DNA of 58,746 bases, filler included, from Nemertoderma westbladi (lineage: Eukaryota; Animalia; Xenacoelomorpha), in assembly GCA_032718475.1 (NCBI GenBank). It is 3 parts of 3 records of this genome, joined end to end, with 100 filler letters (N's around TTAATTAATTAA, not from the genome) between each part and the next. Parts side by side here need not be neighbours in the genome. Positions count along the whole stretch, not along the records: positions 32,038 to 50,621 come from JAUCBJ010008253.1; 2 more parts are not named here. The stretch is one strand, 5' to 3'. A model generated the notes under the pieces. It was not told the DNA's origin and did no database searches. It saw only the letters and a program-made list of their open reading frames with translations. Within the stretch, counting starts at the first letter, position 1; each line of letters opens with the position of its first letter. Below, one piece after another: positions 36,295 through 49,240 of the stretch. Made by a program: the position numbers and the translations under genes.

Positions 36295-36632
36295 CTGTAC
36301 CGTACAGCACAAGGTGGAGTAGTGTTACCGTACAGCACAAGGCAGAGTAGTGGTACTGTACAGCACAAGGTGGAGTAGTGGTACTGTACAGCACAAGGTG
36401 GAGTAGTGGTACTGTACAGCACAAGGTGGAGTAGTGGTTCTGTACAGCACAAGGCAGAGTAGTGGTACTGTACAGCATAAGGCAGAGTAGTGGTACTGTA
36501 CAGCACAAGGCAGAGTTGTGGTACTGTACAGCACAAGGCAGAGTAGTGGTACTGTACAGCACAAGGCAGAGTAGTGGTACCGTACAGCACAAGGCAGAGT
36601 AGTGGTACCGTACAGCACAAGGCAGAGTAATG
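36295..36632 (-). repeat. Inverted copy of the 27-bp minisatellite
   Basis: gtacagcacaaggcagagtagtggtac x ~12 is the reverse complement of the 33.4-34.9 kb unit. Confidence 0.95.
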
Positions 36633-37331
36633 CCACTATATCGTATCGCTATTTTGACTAAATTTTTAGCTATTATTTTACATAATCTCAAATAATTCTC
36701 CAAATATTCTAAAATACGTAATACTAATTATTTAGATCTTTAGTTTGTAGTTTGAACGCCCCGTAGAAGTTGAGCCATTTCTGTATTATATTCTCACAAG
36801 GTCGGCGGCCGCTTCTCTCATCGTAATTAATGTTATTGAAGAACAACTTCGCATTCACTTTGAATAATAATGACATCTGAAATTAAATACATCACTAAAT
36901 CGGGGACCCCTAGAACATCGAATGAACACAGCGTTAACGTAAAGAATCAATTCAGTAATGTGGATGACATTATGGGATCCATCTCCAGAGCCGAGCGAGC
37001 AGAGACCAATCTAAGAGCCAGGCAAACGAGCAGGATACATCGTCGTTTAAATAGAAATAAACCAAAACTTTCGCTCCATACTGAAATTGAAATGAATTCC
37101 GTTAGGTTAGTTACTACGTATATACGTTATACAGTTGCAACAGCTCATCTCCAATTTATTTAATTAATATCACCTGGCAGCAATACCGAGCTGAATATTT
37201 ATTTATTTGTACTTCCCTCCTGTTTCACTCTAGCATACTTGAGGCCGTTAGGTCCGCTGTTAGAGATAGAATATTTGCAACTTAAGACTGCCCGTTCAAT
37301 AGAAGTGGATTAGGTGGGACTGCGAGTGTCA

Positions 37332-37432
37332 GGGGCTAGTGGCTGAGCTGGTTAGCGCTACTGATGAGGCCTGTTAGGCCGAAACGTGCGTATAGCGCTG
37401 GTTCAACCCCCGGTGACGCGCTCCCATTTTTT
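37332..37432 (+). promoter_or_regulatory. tRNA-like Pol III cassette enclosing the hammerhead (A box, B box, T6 terminator)
   Basis: A box TGGCTGAGCTGG (37340-37351), B box GGTTCAACCCC (37400-37410), ...GCTCCCA then TTTTTT (37427-37432); 5' GGGGC can pair with 3' GCTCC. Confidence 0.7.
37350..37403 (+). ncRNA. Type I minimal hammerhead ribozyme
   Basis: Stem I agcgcta/tagcgct; core CTGATGA (37361); stem II ggcct-gtt-aggcc; GAAAC (37381); short stem III; cleavage triplet GTA (37390-37392). Confidence 0.88.
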
Positions 37433-37489
37433 CCACTTCTGAACAAACCCACAATATTACACCTATATTCCATGTGTTAGTTCGATTGT

Positions 37490-38255
37490 AGGCACTACTC
37501 TACTACAGTATGTGTAACAATGACCATATTTTTCATACTATAGCTAGTTTTTGCTACTTTTTTAGAACTATTCTATTTCATGTTAGCTATTGTTAGGTAA
37601 AAAACATTATGTTCTAGAACAAATATTTTTTGTTCTAGAACATTTAAAAAATATATAATTTATTAAAAATTAGGTATGTGTGATAAATAGTTTGTTTATC
37701 TATAAACATTAAAAAATACAAATTATCAGGCTAGCTAGTGATTTTCCAAGTTTAGCTATCATTAAAAAAAAATTCCGAAATATAATATATTATTTTATTA
37801 TTTATAATTATTATTATTATTATTTATAATTATTATTATAATTATTTATTTATTATTACATATTATTCTAATAAATTATTTAATTATCTATAAACATTAA
37901 TAGCTACTAATTTTCAGGCTAGCTATTGATTTTGCAAGTTAGCTATTATTAAAAAAAAAATTTATTACACATAACAAATAATTTCTCAAAAATTATTATT
38001 TTTTAAATGATAGCTAAACTTGCAAAATCACTAGCTAGCCTGAAAAAATTAGTAGCTACTAACGTTAATAGATAATTAAACAATTCATTACACATAACAA
38101 ATAATTTCTAATTAATTTTTTTTTTAATGTTCTAGAACATTATTTTTACAAAACTATAGCTAATATGACATAGGTAGAACATTAAAAAAAAAGTAGCAAA
38201 AACTAGCAACTACAAAAAAATTCCGGTCATGGGTACACATACAGTTGTAGTTCCT
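37490..38255. mobile_element. AT-rich fold-back (long imperfect inverted repeats)
   Basis: 37500-37790 (tacagtatgtgtaac..gctagtttttgctacttttt..caggctagctagtgatttt) is mirrored in 37990-38250. Confidence 0.7.
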
Positions 38256-38269
38256 AGATTGTAATACTA

Positions 38270-41200
38270 GTTGTAGTGTAGTAGGCAGTCATAGTAATTG
38301 TAGTGTAGAGTAGGTTATAACAGTAGTTCTAGGGTAGTAGAAGTAGTAGTGTAGTAGGTTGTAATAGTAGTTGTGGTGTAGTAGGTTGTAATAGTAGCTG
38401 TAGTGTGGGTATAACAGTAGTTCTAGTGTAGTAGTAGGTTGTAATAGTAGTTGTAGTGTAGTAGGTTGGAATAGTAGTTGTAGTGTAGTAGGTTGGAATA
38501 GTAGTTGTAGTGTAGTAGGTTGTAGTAGTAGTTGTTGTGTAGTAGGTTGTAATAGTAGTTGTAGTGTAGTAGGTTGTAATAGTAGTTGTTGTGTAGTAGG
38601 TTGGAATAGTAGTTGTAGTGTAGTAGGTTGGAATATTAGTTGTTGTGTAGTAGGTTGTAATAGTAGTTGTTGTGTAGTAGGTTGGAATAGTAGTTGTAGT
38701 GTAGTAGGTTGGAATAGTAGTTGTAGTGTAGTAGGTTGTAATAGTAGTTGTTGTGTAGTAGGTTGTAATAGTAGTTGTAGTGTAGTAGGTTGTAATAGTA
38801 GTTGTTGTGTAGTAGGTTGGAATAGTAGTTGTAGTGTAGTAGGTTGGAATAGTAGTTGTTGTGTAGTAGGTTGTAATAGTAGTTGTAGTGTAGTAGGTTG
38901 TAATAGTAGTTGTTGTGTAGTAGGTTGGAATAGTAGTTGTAGTGTAGTAGGTTGGAATATTAGTTGTTGTGTAGTAGGTTGTAATAGTAGTTGTTGTGTA
39001 GTAGGTTGGAATAGTAGTTGTAGTGTAGTAGGTTGGAATAGTAGTTGTAGTGTAGTAGGTTGTAATAGTAGTTGTTGTGTAGTAGGTTGTAATAGTAGTT
39101 GTAGTGTAGTAGGTTGTAATAGTAGTTGTTGTGTAGTAGGTTGGAATAGTAGTTGTTGTGTAGTAGGTTATAACAGTAGTTCTAGTGTAGTAGTAGGTTG
39201 TAATAGTAGTTGTAGTGTAGTAGGTTGTAATAGTAGTTGTTGTGTAGTAGGTTGGAATAGTAGTTGTAGTGTAGTAGGTTGGAATAGTAGTTGTAGTGTA
39301 GTAGGTTGGAATAGTAGTTGTAGTATAGTAGGTTGTAATAGTAGTTGTTGTGTAGTAGGTTGTAATAGTAGTTGTTGTGTAGTAGGTTGGAATAGTAGTT
39401 GTAGTGTAGTAGGTTGTTATAATAGTTGTAGTGTAGTAGGTTGTAATAGTAGTTGTTGTGTAGTAGGTTGTAATAGTAGTTGTAGTGTAGTAGGTTGTAA
39501 TAGTAGTTGTAGTGTAGTAGGTTGTAATAGTAGTTGTTGTGTAGTAGGTTGGAATAGTAGTTGTAGTGTAGTAGGTTTGAATAGTAGTTGTAGTATAGTA
39601 GGTTGGAATAGTAGTTGTAGTGTAGTAGGTTGTTATAATAGTTGTAGTGTAGTAGGTTGTAATAGTAGTTGTTGTGTAGTAGGTTGTAATAGTAGTTGTA
39701 GTGTAGTAGGTTGTAATAGTAGTTGTAGTGTAGTAGGTTGTAATAGTAGTTGTTGTGTAGTAGGTTGGAATAGTAGTTGTAGTGTAGTAGGTTTGAATAG
39801 TAGTTGTAGTATAGTAGGTTGTAATAGTAATTGTTGTGTAGTAGGTTGTAATAGTAGTTGTTGTGTAGTAGGTTGGAATAGTAGTTGTAGTGTAGTAGGT
39901 TGGAATAGTAGTTGTAGTATAGTAGGTTGTAATAGTAGTTGTAGTGTAGTAGGTTGTAATAGTAGTTGTTGTGTAGTAGGTTGGAATAGTAGTTGTAGTG
40001 TAGTAGGTTTGAATAGTAGTTGTAGTATAGTAGGTTGTAATAGTAGTTGTTGTGTAGTAGGTTGTAATAGTAGTTGTTGTGTAGTAGGTTGGAATAGTAG
40101 TTGTAGTGTAGTAGGTTGGAATAGTAGTTGTAGTATAGTAGGTTGTAATAGTAGTTGTTGTGTAGTAGGTTGTAATAGTAGTTGTAGTGTAGTAGGTTGG
40201 AATAGTAGTTGTAGTGTAGTAGGTTGTTATAATAGTTGTAGTGTAGTAGGTTGTAATAGTAGTTGTTGTGTAGTAGGTTGTAATAGTAGTTGTAGTGTAG
40301 TAGGTTGTAATAGTAGTTGTAGTGTAGTAGGTTGTAATAGTAGTTGTTGTGTAGTAGGTTGGAATAGTAGTTGTAGTGTAGTAGGTTTGAATAGTAGTTG
40401 TAGTATAGTAGGTTGTAATAGTAGTTGTTGTGTAGTAGGTTGTAATAGTAGTTGTTGTGTAGTAGGTTGGAATAGTAGTTGTAGTGTAGTAGGTTGGAAT
40501 AGTAGTTGTAGTATAGTAGGTTGTAATAGTAGTTGTTGTGTAGTAGGTTATAACAGTAGTTCTAGTGTAGTAGTAGGTTGTAATAGTAGTTGTAGTGTAG
40601 TAGGTTGTAATAGTAGTTGTTGTGTAGTAGGTTGGAATAGTAGTTGTAGTGTAGTAGGTTGGAATAGTAGTTGTAGTGTAGTAGGTTGTAATAGTAGTTG
40701 TTGTGTAGTAGGTTGTAATAGTAGTTGTAGTGTAGTAGGTTGTAATAGTAGTTGTTGTGTAGTAGGTTGGAATAGTAGTTGTAGTGTAGTAGGTTGGAAT
40801 AGTAGTTGTAGTATAGTAGGTTGTAATAGTAGTTGTTGTGTAGTAGGTTATAACAGTAGTTCTAGTGTAGTAGTAGGTTGTAATAGTAGTTGTTGTGTAG
40901 TAGGTTGGAATAGTAGTTGTAGTGTAGTACGCTGTATAGTAGTAGTTGTAGTGTAGTAGTGTAGTAGGTTGTAATAGTTGTTGTTGTGTAGTAGGTTGTA
41001 ATAGTAGTTGTTGTGTAGTAGGTTGTAATAGTAGTTCTAGTGTAGTAGTAGGTTGTAATAGTAGTTGTTGTGTAGTAGGTTGTAATAGTAGTTGTAGTGT
41101 AGTAGGTTGGAATAGTAGTTGTAGTGTAGTAGGTTGTTATAATAGTTGTAGTGTAGTAGGTTGTAATAGTAGTTGTAGTGTAGTAGGTTGTAATAGTAGT

Positions 41201-43455
41201 TGTAGTGTAGTAGGTTGGAATAGTAGTTGTAGTGTAGTAGGTTGTTATAATAGTTGTAGTGTAGTAGGTTGTAATAGTAGTTGTTGTGTAGTAGGTTATA
41301 ACAGTAGTTCTAGTGTAGTAGTAGGTTGTAATAGTAGTTGTTGTGTAGTAGGTTGGAATAGTAGTTGTAGTGTAGTACGCAGTATAGTAGTAGTTGTAGT
41401 GTAGTAGGTTGTAATAGTAGTTGTTGTGTAGTAGGTTGTAATAGTAGTTGTAGTGTAGTAGGTTGTAATAGTAGTTGTTGTGTAGTAGGTTGTAATAGTA
41501 GTTCTAGTGTAGTAGTAGGTTGTAATAGTAGTTGTTGTGTAGTAGGTTGTAATAGTAGTTGTAGTGTAGTAGGTTGTAATAGTAGTTGTAGTGTAGTAGG
41601 TTGGAATAGTAGTTGTAGTGTAGTAGGTTGTTATAATAGTTGTAGTGTAGTAGGTTGTAATAGTAGTTATAGTGTAGTAGGTTGTAATAGTAGTTGTAGT
41701 GTAGTAGGTTGTAATAGTAGTTGTAGTGTAGTAGGTTGTTATAATAGTTGTTGTGTAGTACGCAGTATAGTAGTTGTAGTATAGTAGGTTGTAATAGTAG
41801 TTGTAGTGTAGCAGTTTGTAATAGTAGTTGTAGTGTAGTATGTTGTAGTATTAGTAGTTGTAGTGTAGTAGGTTGGAATAGTAGTTGTAGTGTAGTAGGT
41901 TGTAATAGTAGTTGTAGTGTAGTAGGTTGGAATAGTAGTTGTAGTGTAGTAGGTTGTAATAGTAGTTGTAGTGTAGTAGGTTGGAATAGTAGTTGTAGTG
42001 TAGTATGTTGTAGTATTAGTAGTTGTAGTATAGTAGGTTGGAATAGTAGTTGTAGTGTAGTAGGTTGTAATAGTAGTTGTAGTGTAGTAGGTTGTAATAG
42101 TAGTTGTAGTGTAGTAGGTTGTAATAGTAGTTGTTGTATAGTAGGTTGTAATAGTAGTTGTAGTGTAGTATGTTGTAGTATTAGTAGTTGTAGTGTAGTA
42201 GGTTGGAATAGTAGTTGTAGTGTAGTAGGTTGGAATAGTAGTTGTAGTGTAGTAGGTTGTAATAGTAGTTGTAGTGTAGTAGGTTGTTATAATAGTTGTT
42301 GTGTAGTAGGTTGTAATAGTAGTTGTAGTGTAGTAGGTTGTTATAATAGTTGTAGTGTAGTAGGTTGTAATAGTAGTTATAGTGTAGTAGGTTGTAATAG
42401 TAGTTGTAGTGTAGTAGGTTTTTAATAGTAGTTGTTGTGTAGTAGGTTGTTATAATAGTTGTTGTGTAGTACGCAGTATAGTAGTTGTAGTATAGTAGGT
42501 TGTAATAGTAGTTGTAGTGTAGCAGTTTGTAATAGTAGTTGTAGTGTAGTATGTTGTAGTATTAGTAGTTGTAGTGTAGTAGGTTGGAATAGTAGTTGTA
42601 GTGTAGTAGGTTGTAATAGTAGTTGTAGTGTAGTAGGTTGTTATAATAGTTGTAGTGTAGTAGGTTGTAATAGTAGTTATAGTGTAGTAGGTTGTAATAG
42701 TAGTTGTAGTGTAGTAGGTTGTAATAGTAGTTGTAGTGTAGTAGGTTGTTATAATAGTTGTTGTGTAGTACGCAGTATAGTAGTTGTAGTATAGTAGGTT
42801 GTAATAGTAGTTGTAGTGTAGCAGTTTGTAATAGTAGTTGTAGTGTAGTATGTTGTAGTATTAGTAGTTGTAGTGTAGTAGGTTGGAATAGTAGTTGTAG
42901 TGTAGTAGGTTGTAATAGTAGTTGTAGTGTAGTAGGTTGGAATAGTAGTTGTAGTGTAGTAGGTTGTAATATTAGTTGTTGTATAGTAGGTTGTAATAGT
43001 AGTTGTAGTGTAGTATGTTGTAGTATTAGTAGTTGTAGTGTAGTAGGTTGGAATAGTAGTTGTAGTGTAGTAGGTTGGAATAGTAGTTGTAGTGTAGTAG
43101 GTTGTAATAGTAGTTGTAGTGTAGTAGGTTGTTATAATAGTTGTTGTGTAGTAGGTTGTAATAGTAGTTGTAGTGTAGTAGGTTGTTATAATAGTTGTAG
43201 TGTAGTAGGTTGTAATAATAGTTGTAGTGTAGTAGGTTGTAATAGTAGTTGTAGTGTAGTAGGTTGTTATAATAGTTGTAGTGTAGTAGGTTGTAATAGT
43301 AGTTGTAGTGTAGTAGGTTGTAATAGTAGTTGTAGTGTAGTAGGTTGTTATAATAGTTGTAGTGTAGTAGGTTGTACTTAGTAGTTGTAGTGTAGTAGGT
43401 TGTAATAGTAGTTGTAGTGTAGTAGGTTGTAATAGTAGTTGTAGTATAGTATGAT
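38270..43455. repeat. ~5.2-kb 27-bp satellite (gtagtaggttgtaatagtagttgtagt) with higher-order variant blocks
   Basis: Continuous tandem array, top strand almost C-free; the NSSCSVVGC ORFs are by-products. Confidence 0.98.
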
Positions 43456-44041
43456 ATGTTATTTAGGCTTATTTACAGTGGTAGCAGTTGTAACTCTCGA
43501 CTAACTGATTGACGACAGTGTCGACTGGTAAACTGCTAATTGGAAATAAAACAGTCAGACCCAGTTTGATTCAGTGATCTACATATTGGATATCGAAGGA
43601 AATATATCCTTTATGCCTTCTGTGCCGTGGCCCGCATACATTATAAGCCATGGAGCAAACAAATAATGAAATAAATAAGATATCTGCAGATATTATATTT
43701 TCATATGTTATGTATGTATTCCAACTTAGGGCTATGACAGTTAATATGGAGCACAGGCGTGCATATCTTCGGGACTTGAAATCCGGTGGGAATGTGATTA
43801 TTGATAAACGAGCTCGTCTTATTACTAGAGGATGTCAATACATTCGTCAACTCTCTATCACGGGAAACCAGCTTGTGAACAACATGTTAGTTTAAATAGC
43901 TATATACGCATACCAACAATATGTATAATTTATGAGCACAGTGGCAGCATATGATGGAATTAACAGATGGGAGGCCATGAGGAGGGAAATTGCGGACATA
44001 CAAGGTATCAGATAGTATTTCCCGGTCTATATTTTACCTGA

Positions 44042-44112
44042 GCCGCTAGCTGAATGGTTAGAGCGTCAGACCTTCAACGCGTAGGTCACAAATTCGATCC
44101 CACCTGGAAGTC
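44042..44112 (+). mobile_element. Degenerate tRNA-derived SINE head or tRNA pseudogene
   Basis: gccgcTAGCTGAATGGttagagcg...aaTTCGATCCC; A-box and decayed B-box; no clean cloverleaf. Confidence 0.5.
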
Positions 44113-46464
44113 ATTGCCGACCTTGCAAAAGCTGTGCACAACAAAACGTTATGACAATATGTATCAATCACGAAAATAAAATAAAAACCTAACCACCCCC
44201 CCCCCCCCCCCCTCCCCCCCTCCCTTCTACAAATGTTTATCACATTGCTAGAAATTTGAAACACAACTTGTTCAATTCAGTGCCGAGGAGACCATGAAGC
44301 AAGAATTATTTCTTTTAATTTTTTTATACCCGTTTTTAATAGTGTATTTTGCGAAATTGAATCCCTTATATCATTGCAAAGCTTGTGTTACTAGGATTCT
44401 AAATATGTAAGTAGGTCTGAGTTTCGTTGAGAAACTGCTGAGATATAGATGTTCAAAGATTGCAAGAATTGTCGTTCGCAAGTGGATAATTATTCCATTA
44501 AATAAATACATGACAATCTAGAACGTATTATTTTATCTCTTGAGTAGGTCTCTGATAATTCTTGCAATCTTTCTTTGATTGCTTACATCTCAGCTGTTTG
44601 TCAACGAAATTCAGACATTGTTACATATTTGGAATCCTTGTAACGCAAGTTTTCCACTGATATGTACAAACTGTTGTACTAAGGGAAGATTGGCGGCGTT
44701 ACGAAGGGTGAACGTTTATTTAAAAGATTTAATGGCAAAATCTCAAATCCCGGCTTCATGGTAACATCGACAATTCAAATTTCAGATTGTGTTACATATT
44801 TGGAATCCTTTACAGCCAGCTTTCTAACATTAGTAACAAATCACAATATGGTTGAAGAATAACTGTGGTGTAACTGTTGCATATCGTCGGAGACACCTTT
44901 TTTACGCTTGTAGCTAAAGAATGAAAACAAAAATAACTACTAAACATTTTAATACTAAATTTATTAATAATTACCATTAAGGACAACAAAGGTGATACTT
45001 TAAAGAAAACAATTAAAAATTAATTTAACTAATTTTCTTTGTAAGAAACGCTTAGTGAGCTTAGTGAGCTGTTTGAAATAATTGCCAGGCTCCCATTGCC
45101 GCGTGAAAATTTATTACATATAAATACCCTGGCTAGTTACGGCAAACGGCAAACGTTATTTGTACTGTACAAGCATAATAGTGCTGCTTCTCAGTGTTTA
45201 GATTCTCAGATAATTTTAACTCCACTGTCTAATAAAGTCATTTCCTTGAGTCTCTTGGTAATGTTTTCCATTGCGCGAAGCCCACAGATCGGCTACTTCG
45301 TCATCATAATATCAGACATAACAATAGGATACATTGCCAGCCGCTTCTGCAACGCAACACAACCAAACCACATTTCTCGATCAGCCATGTAAATATCCTC
45401 AATTAATCTGCCTTATGAAGACAAGTGTCTCTTAGTAGAGGGATCTACCGTATTCAGCAGTAAGAGCCCAACAGCGCAACAGGGACTGGTTTACAGCAGC
45501 ACAGACTCTACTGCTACTCTGAATGAAAGAAGGATTGTGATAGTGGTAGTGATAGTTGATTTAATGCAGACCATGACATTTGCCCTATCTTTTCTGAGTC
45601 CTTCCAAGCAGATCTCAGAATCAAATACCTAAGGTAGCGAAAGTCTTCTATATGATCAACAAAGCCATCCAACCACTGCACTGAACATTGTGGGTGTGGC
45701 GGTCGATAGAGATGGCCTGCTGCTGCATTATCCAAATTTATAGTCAGAATTTTGATCCATATAGCATTTTACAATTTCACCGCCATTATTGGATCATGCC
45801 TGTAAAAGAATGCTGTGTGGCGAACATCCAATGTTTATAAAATTTAACTCAGAATCTATCAACGGTCAAGGTGCGTCATATGTATTGGTAGTTTTCCACA
45901 ACTTCTAGCTAAGTCTACTACCACTGACTGGTTTTATTTCTACCCCATACATATTATTTCAGTCGAGAGACATTTGCATCGCATAGTCCACAATAATTAT
46001 GGAGAGGAATATGATAAATAAAGCAAGCCTGTCACAATTGAAAAGTAAGTCAGTCAAAAAAAAGTTAAAGTTAGTCAGTATGTCGTTAACATCAATTAAC
46101 AACAATTGAAAAGGGCCTCTATCTCAATCTCTTGAGAAATGTTATGTTAAGGAACCATCTTATACAAACGTGGGCGGGAGTCAAAATCAAAGGCCTTGAA
46201 GAAGTCCGCAAAGAATATGGGTTGGGTACATGTGCCTGTCTTTCATCGTGGAAAATTCTTCAATAATCAGAAGAAGTGCCAGAATGGACTCGAGGGTACA
46301 TCTTCCTTTTTGGAAACCATCCGCCGTTGCTACGTCGGATTCAACTCTACATCAGTTACTTTTTAATTTTTGACACATTTTGTAAGTTTACCCCTCACTG
46401 CTTCATTCTAGATGTGATCTGTAATCTATCATGTTATTAATATCATAATATTGTTTTTTTATAG

Positions 46465-48091
46465 ATCATTTCACGTATGGCAAGAAAAGTTAATCGACAT
46501 CGAACATCGACTTGGTCGAGATGTCCTCATATATTTCACATTTCTGAGATGGCTGATATACCTCAACGTTCCTATATTTGTCACATCATTACTCTTCATT
46601 GTATTACCGCAATCCTTAGTACCGTGCAATGGCCAATATTGCGCTAAATCAAACTTCTCCGGTACAGAGTTTCTAACTGGGGAGGGATACTTCACAAATT
46701 CTCTGTTATATATTGGATACTACACAAATGAAACAATCCAGTTCGGTTCCACAACCAACTATAATATGCCTCATGCATATTTTTTCACTACAATGACCTA
46801 CTACATATTCTGTCACATTGCCATTCTGATCCGTGCCTCCACTTCCTACCGCCATAACTTCATAATGAAGACTACGAAGTTGGGATTTTTCTGCAGAAAG
46901 CTATATTGTACATATGACTACAGTATTACAAATACCGATAACATTCAGAGAATAGTCAATTGTATCTTCACCGACATTGCTGAAGCTATATATCATTTAA
47001 GGCCGGAGATTATAATTTCATATACAATTCTCACAATACGAGTCTTAACAAATACATTTCTTATTCTACTTGGTGCTGCAATAAATTATGCCATCTACCA
47101 GATTTTAAAAGTAGAGCAAAAAGCTTTCCCAAATAGTAATCCTATTCTTGAAAAGCTCTTAATACCATGTCTGATTTGTTCTTTGAATTTGGCTGCTCCA
47201 CCAATTCTCAACATGATAACGCAACTCGAAAGATACTCTTCAAAACAAACTGTCATTCATGTGAATTCTCTCCGGGAAAGTATATTTCGCATGTCGATTC
47301 TATTTGTTGTAGTTACATACTTCATGTTAAATAATGAGAATTGTACAGGTGATGATGATGGTTGCATTTGCTGGGAGACGAAACTAGGTCAACAGTTTTA
47401 TCGCTTGGTGATAGTCGATTTTGTAATTTCCACATATTTGGGAACATTTTTCATTGAAGCTTTGAAAGAACTTTGGTATAGAGGCCAAACACACCAAACC
47501 TTTGATATAACAAGCAATATTCAAGGCATAATTTACTCGCAGACTCTCTGCTTGTTCGGTGTTTTCTGGAGTCCACTTCTTCCTGTAATTGGAATTATGA
47601 AAATGATTGCGATATTCTATATCAAATACTTGATTGCTCGACACAGTCAACCTTCTAAAGATATCTGGCGAATATCCCACGTTCAGACAGCTCTCATTCT
47701 AACGCTGTTCCTTCAGTACGCCCTGGGATTTATGACGCTCTGTTATGCTACGTCTACTTCCAAGGTATCGACGGATTGCACCCCATTTCGAGGTTTAAAC
47801 AACACATTCGATGTTATTCGCAATATTCGGGATGAATTAAGCGGAAGCAACACTAATACTAAACTGTTTTTCTTCTTTCTCAGTTCGCAGTTAACCTATT
47901 TCAATTTATTCCTGATTGTTCTGGTATTTTTATTGTATTTCCGAGCAATATCATCAGGATTGAAAGATCAAATCAATCACTTAGAGAACTCTTTAGCAGT
48001 TGAAGGGCAGACGAGGAAGTTCGTACTCCGGATAATAAACTTGGAATTAACAAAGAAACAGGCCGAAGGGACACGATCTGATGACACATAA
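46465..48091 (+). CDS. Transmembrane channel-like (TMC) family protein, long terminal exon; N-terminal exon(s) unresolved
   Basis: IEHRLG.DVLIYFTFLRWLIYLN; TGEGYFTNSLLYIGYY; YNMPHAY; TMC signature CWETKLGQQFYRLVIVDF; FDITSNIQGIIYSQTLCLFGVFWSPLLP; CTPFRG; acceptor ttttttttatag| at 46464. Confidence 0.92.
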
Positions 48092-48623
48092 TAATTTCGT
48101 GGAGTAGGAGGTTAAACAACCAATGAACAATTTTTTTATTTTGTTTAAATCAAATGTAAAATTGAACGTCCCTCCTTTATACCGACTAAAGTAAAGAATG
48201 TAAAGTTTTGTTGTCTATTTGGCTAGGGAGTGGGTATGTGCACAGATTCTGACAGCTTATTTCCATCGCTTATAATTACACCTTCAATGATAATTAAATT
48301 TAAATATTATTCTTATTACCTCTCTGATATTTTTTTTGGTTAAGTATTTTTTGTAGACACCATGTTTTACTTGTTTTTTTCACGCTTATGGTGTAATAAT
48401 AATACATCGCCCAGTCTGTTACTGGTGCTTCACTTTATTTCATTTGGCGACGATTAGATTTAGACCTTTCACCACCCACTCCACGATGTAGTGTCTAAGA
48501 GTCTCTATTGTTCCCATTTGGTGCTATCCACTATCATCGTACCTCTATTATTTATGAAGAAACTATTTATATAGAGTGATGCCTAGTAGGGCCATCAAAT
48601 AAATTTAATTTTAACTATTTTAC

Positions 48624-49240
48624 ATACTTGTGTGTAAAGTTTCACTTTATAGTGAGATTATCCGAGTGGCTTTGTTACACGAACGAACGTAGTGAGTGAG
48701 TGAAAATAAAGCCACGAGGATCAGAACACTGTAAAGTACTTTGCAACAAGTATATATGTAGTTTTATTCCAAAATTTTAAATTTACGAAATGATTGTACA
48801 TATACATTATAAGTGATAGAAACTGCACAAATTATATTAGTTGCTGTATAAATAATTGTAAAAATGACATAAATTATGTTATAAATAAATTAGCTTATAT
48901 TTAACGCGGCGTTTGGAGCCATGTTATACTAATATAGCTAGGCCTTACTGGTTATTAATAGCTATACCCCGCCTACCGGTAGGTAATGCAGTGGGCATCT
49001 GGCTGTCAGGCAAATTTCCACCTATTGTTTACGTGGTAACCATGACGGCGTTAAGTAATGACCACAAGGGGGACATTACTTAAAGCCACCATGGTTACCG
49101 CGTAAACAATAACACAAAATACAATACTAAATGTACAGGCCAATACAATGCTGTAATGCCCTCTAAAGTTGTAAAGTGCTAAATAACAACTCGCTGTTGA
49201 TTCTAACAGCGTTGAGTAATGTTACAATTTTGGAATAAAA
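48624..49240. mobile_element. Structured non-autonomous element with several inverted repeats
   Basis: Hairpin 48624-48753; 15-bp IR ttttattccaaaatt (48762) / aattttggaataaaa (49226); ~37-bp imperfect stem 49023-49111. Confidence 0.55.

Noticed and set aside
39577-43381. NSSCSVVGC-repeat ORFs resembling keratin-associated or antifreeze proteins
   Set aside because: Translation of a 27-bp satellite, non-ATG starts, no signal peptide or unique flanks
43650-44030. Short ORF-like segment
   Set aside because: No recognisable motif, interrupted by stops
45963-46044. Candidate upstream TMC exon (ag...|gtaagt)
   Set aside because: The frame needed to join directly to the 46465 exon contains TAA; cannot be supported without transcripts
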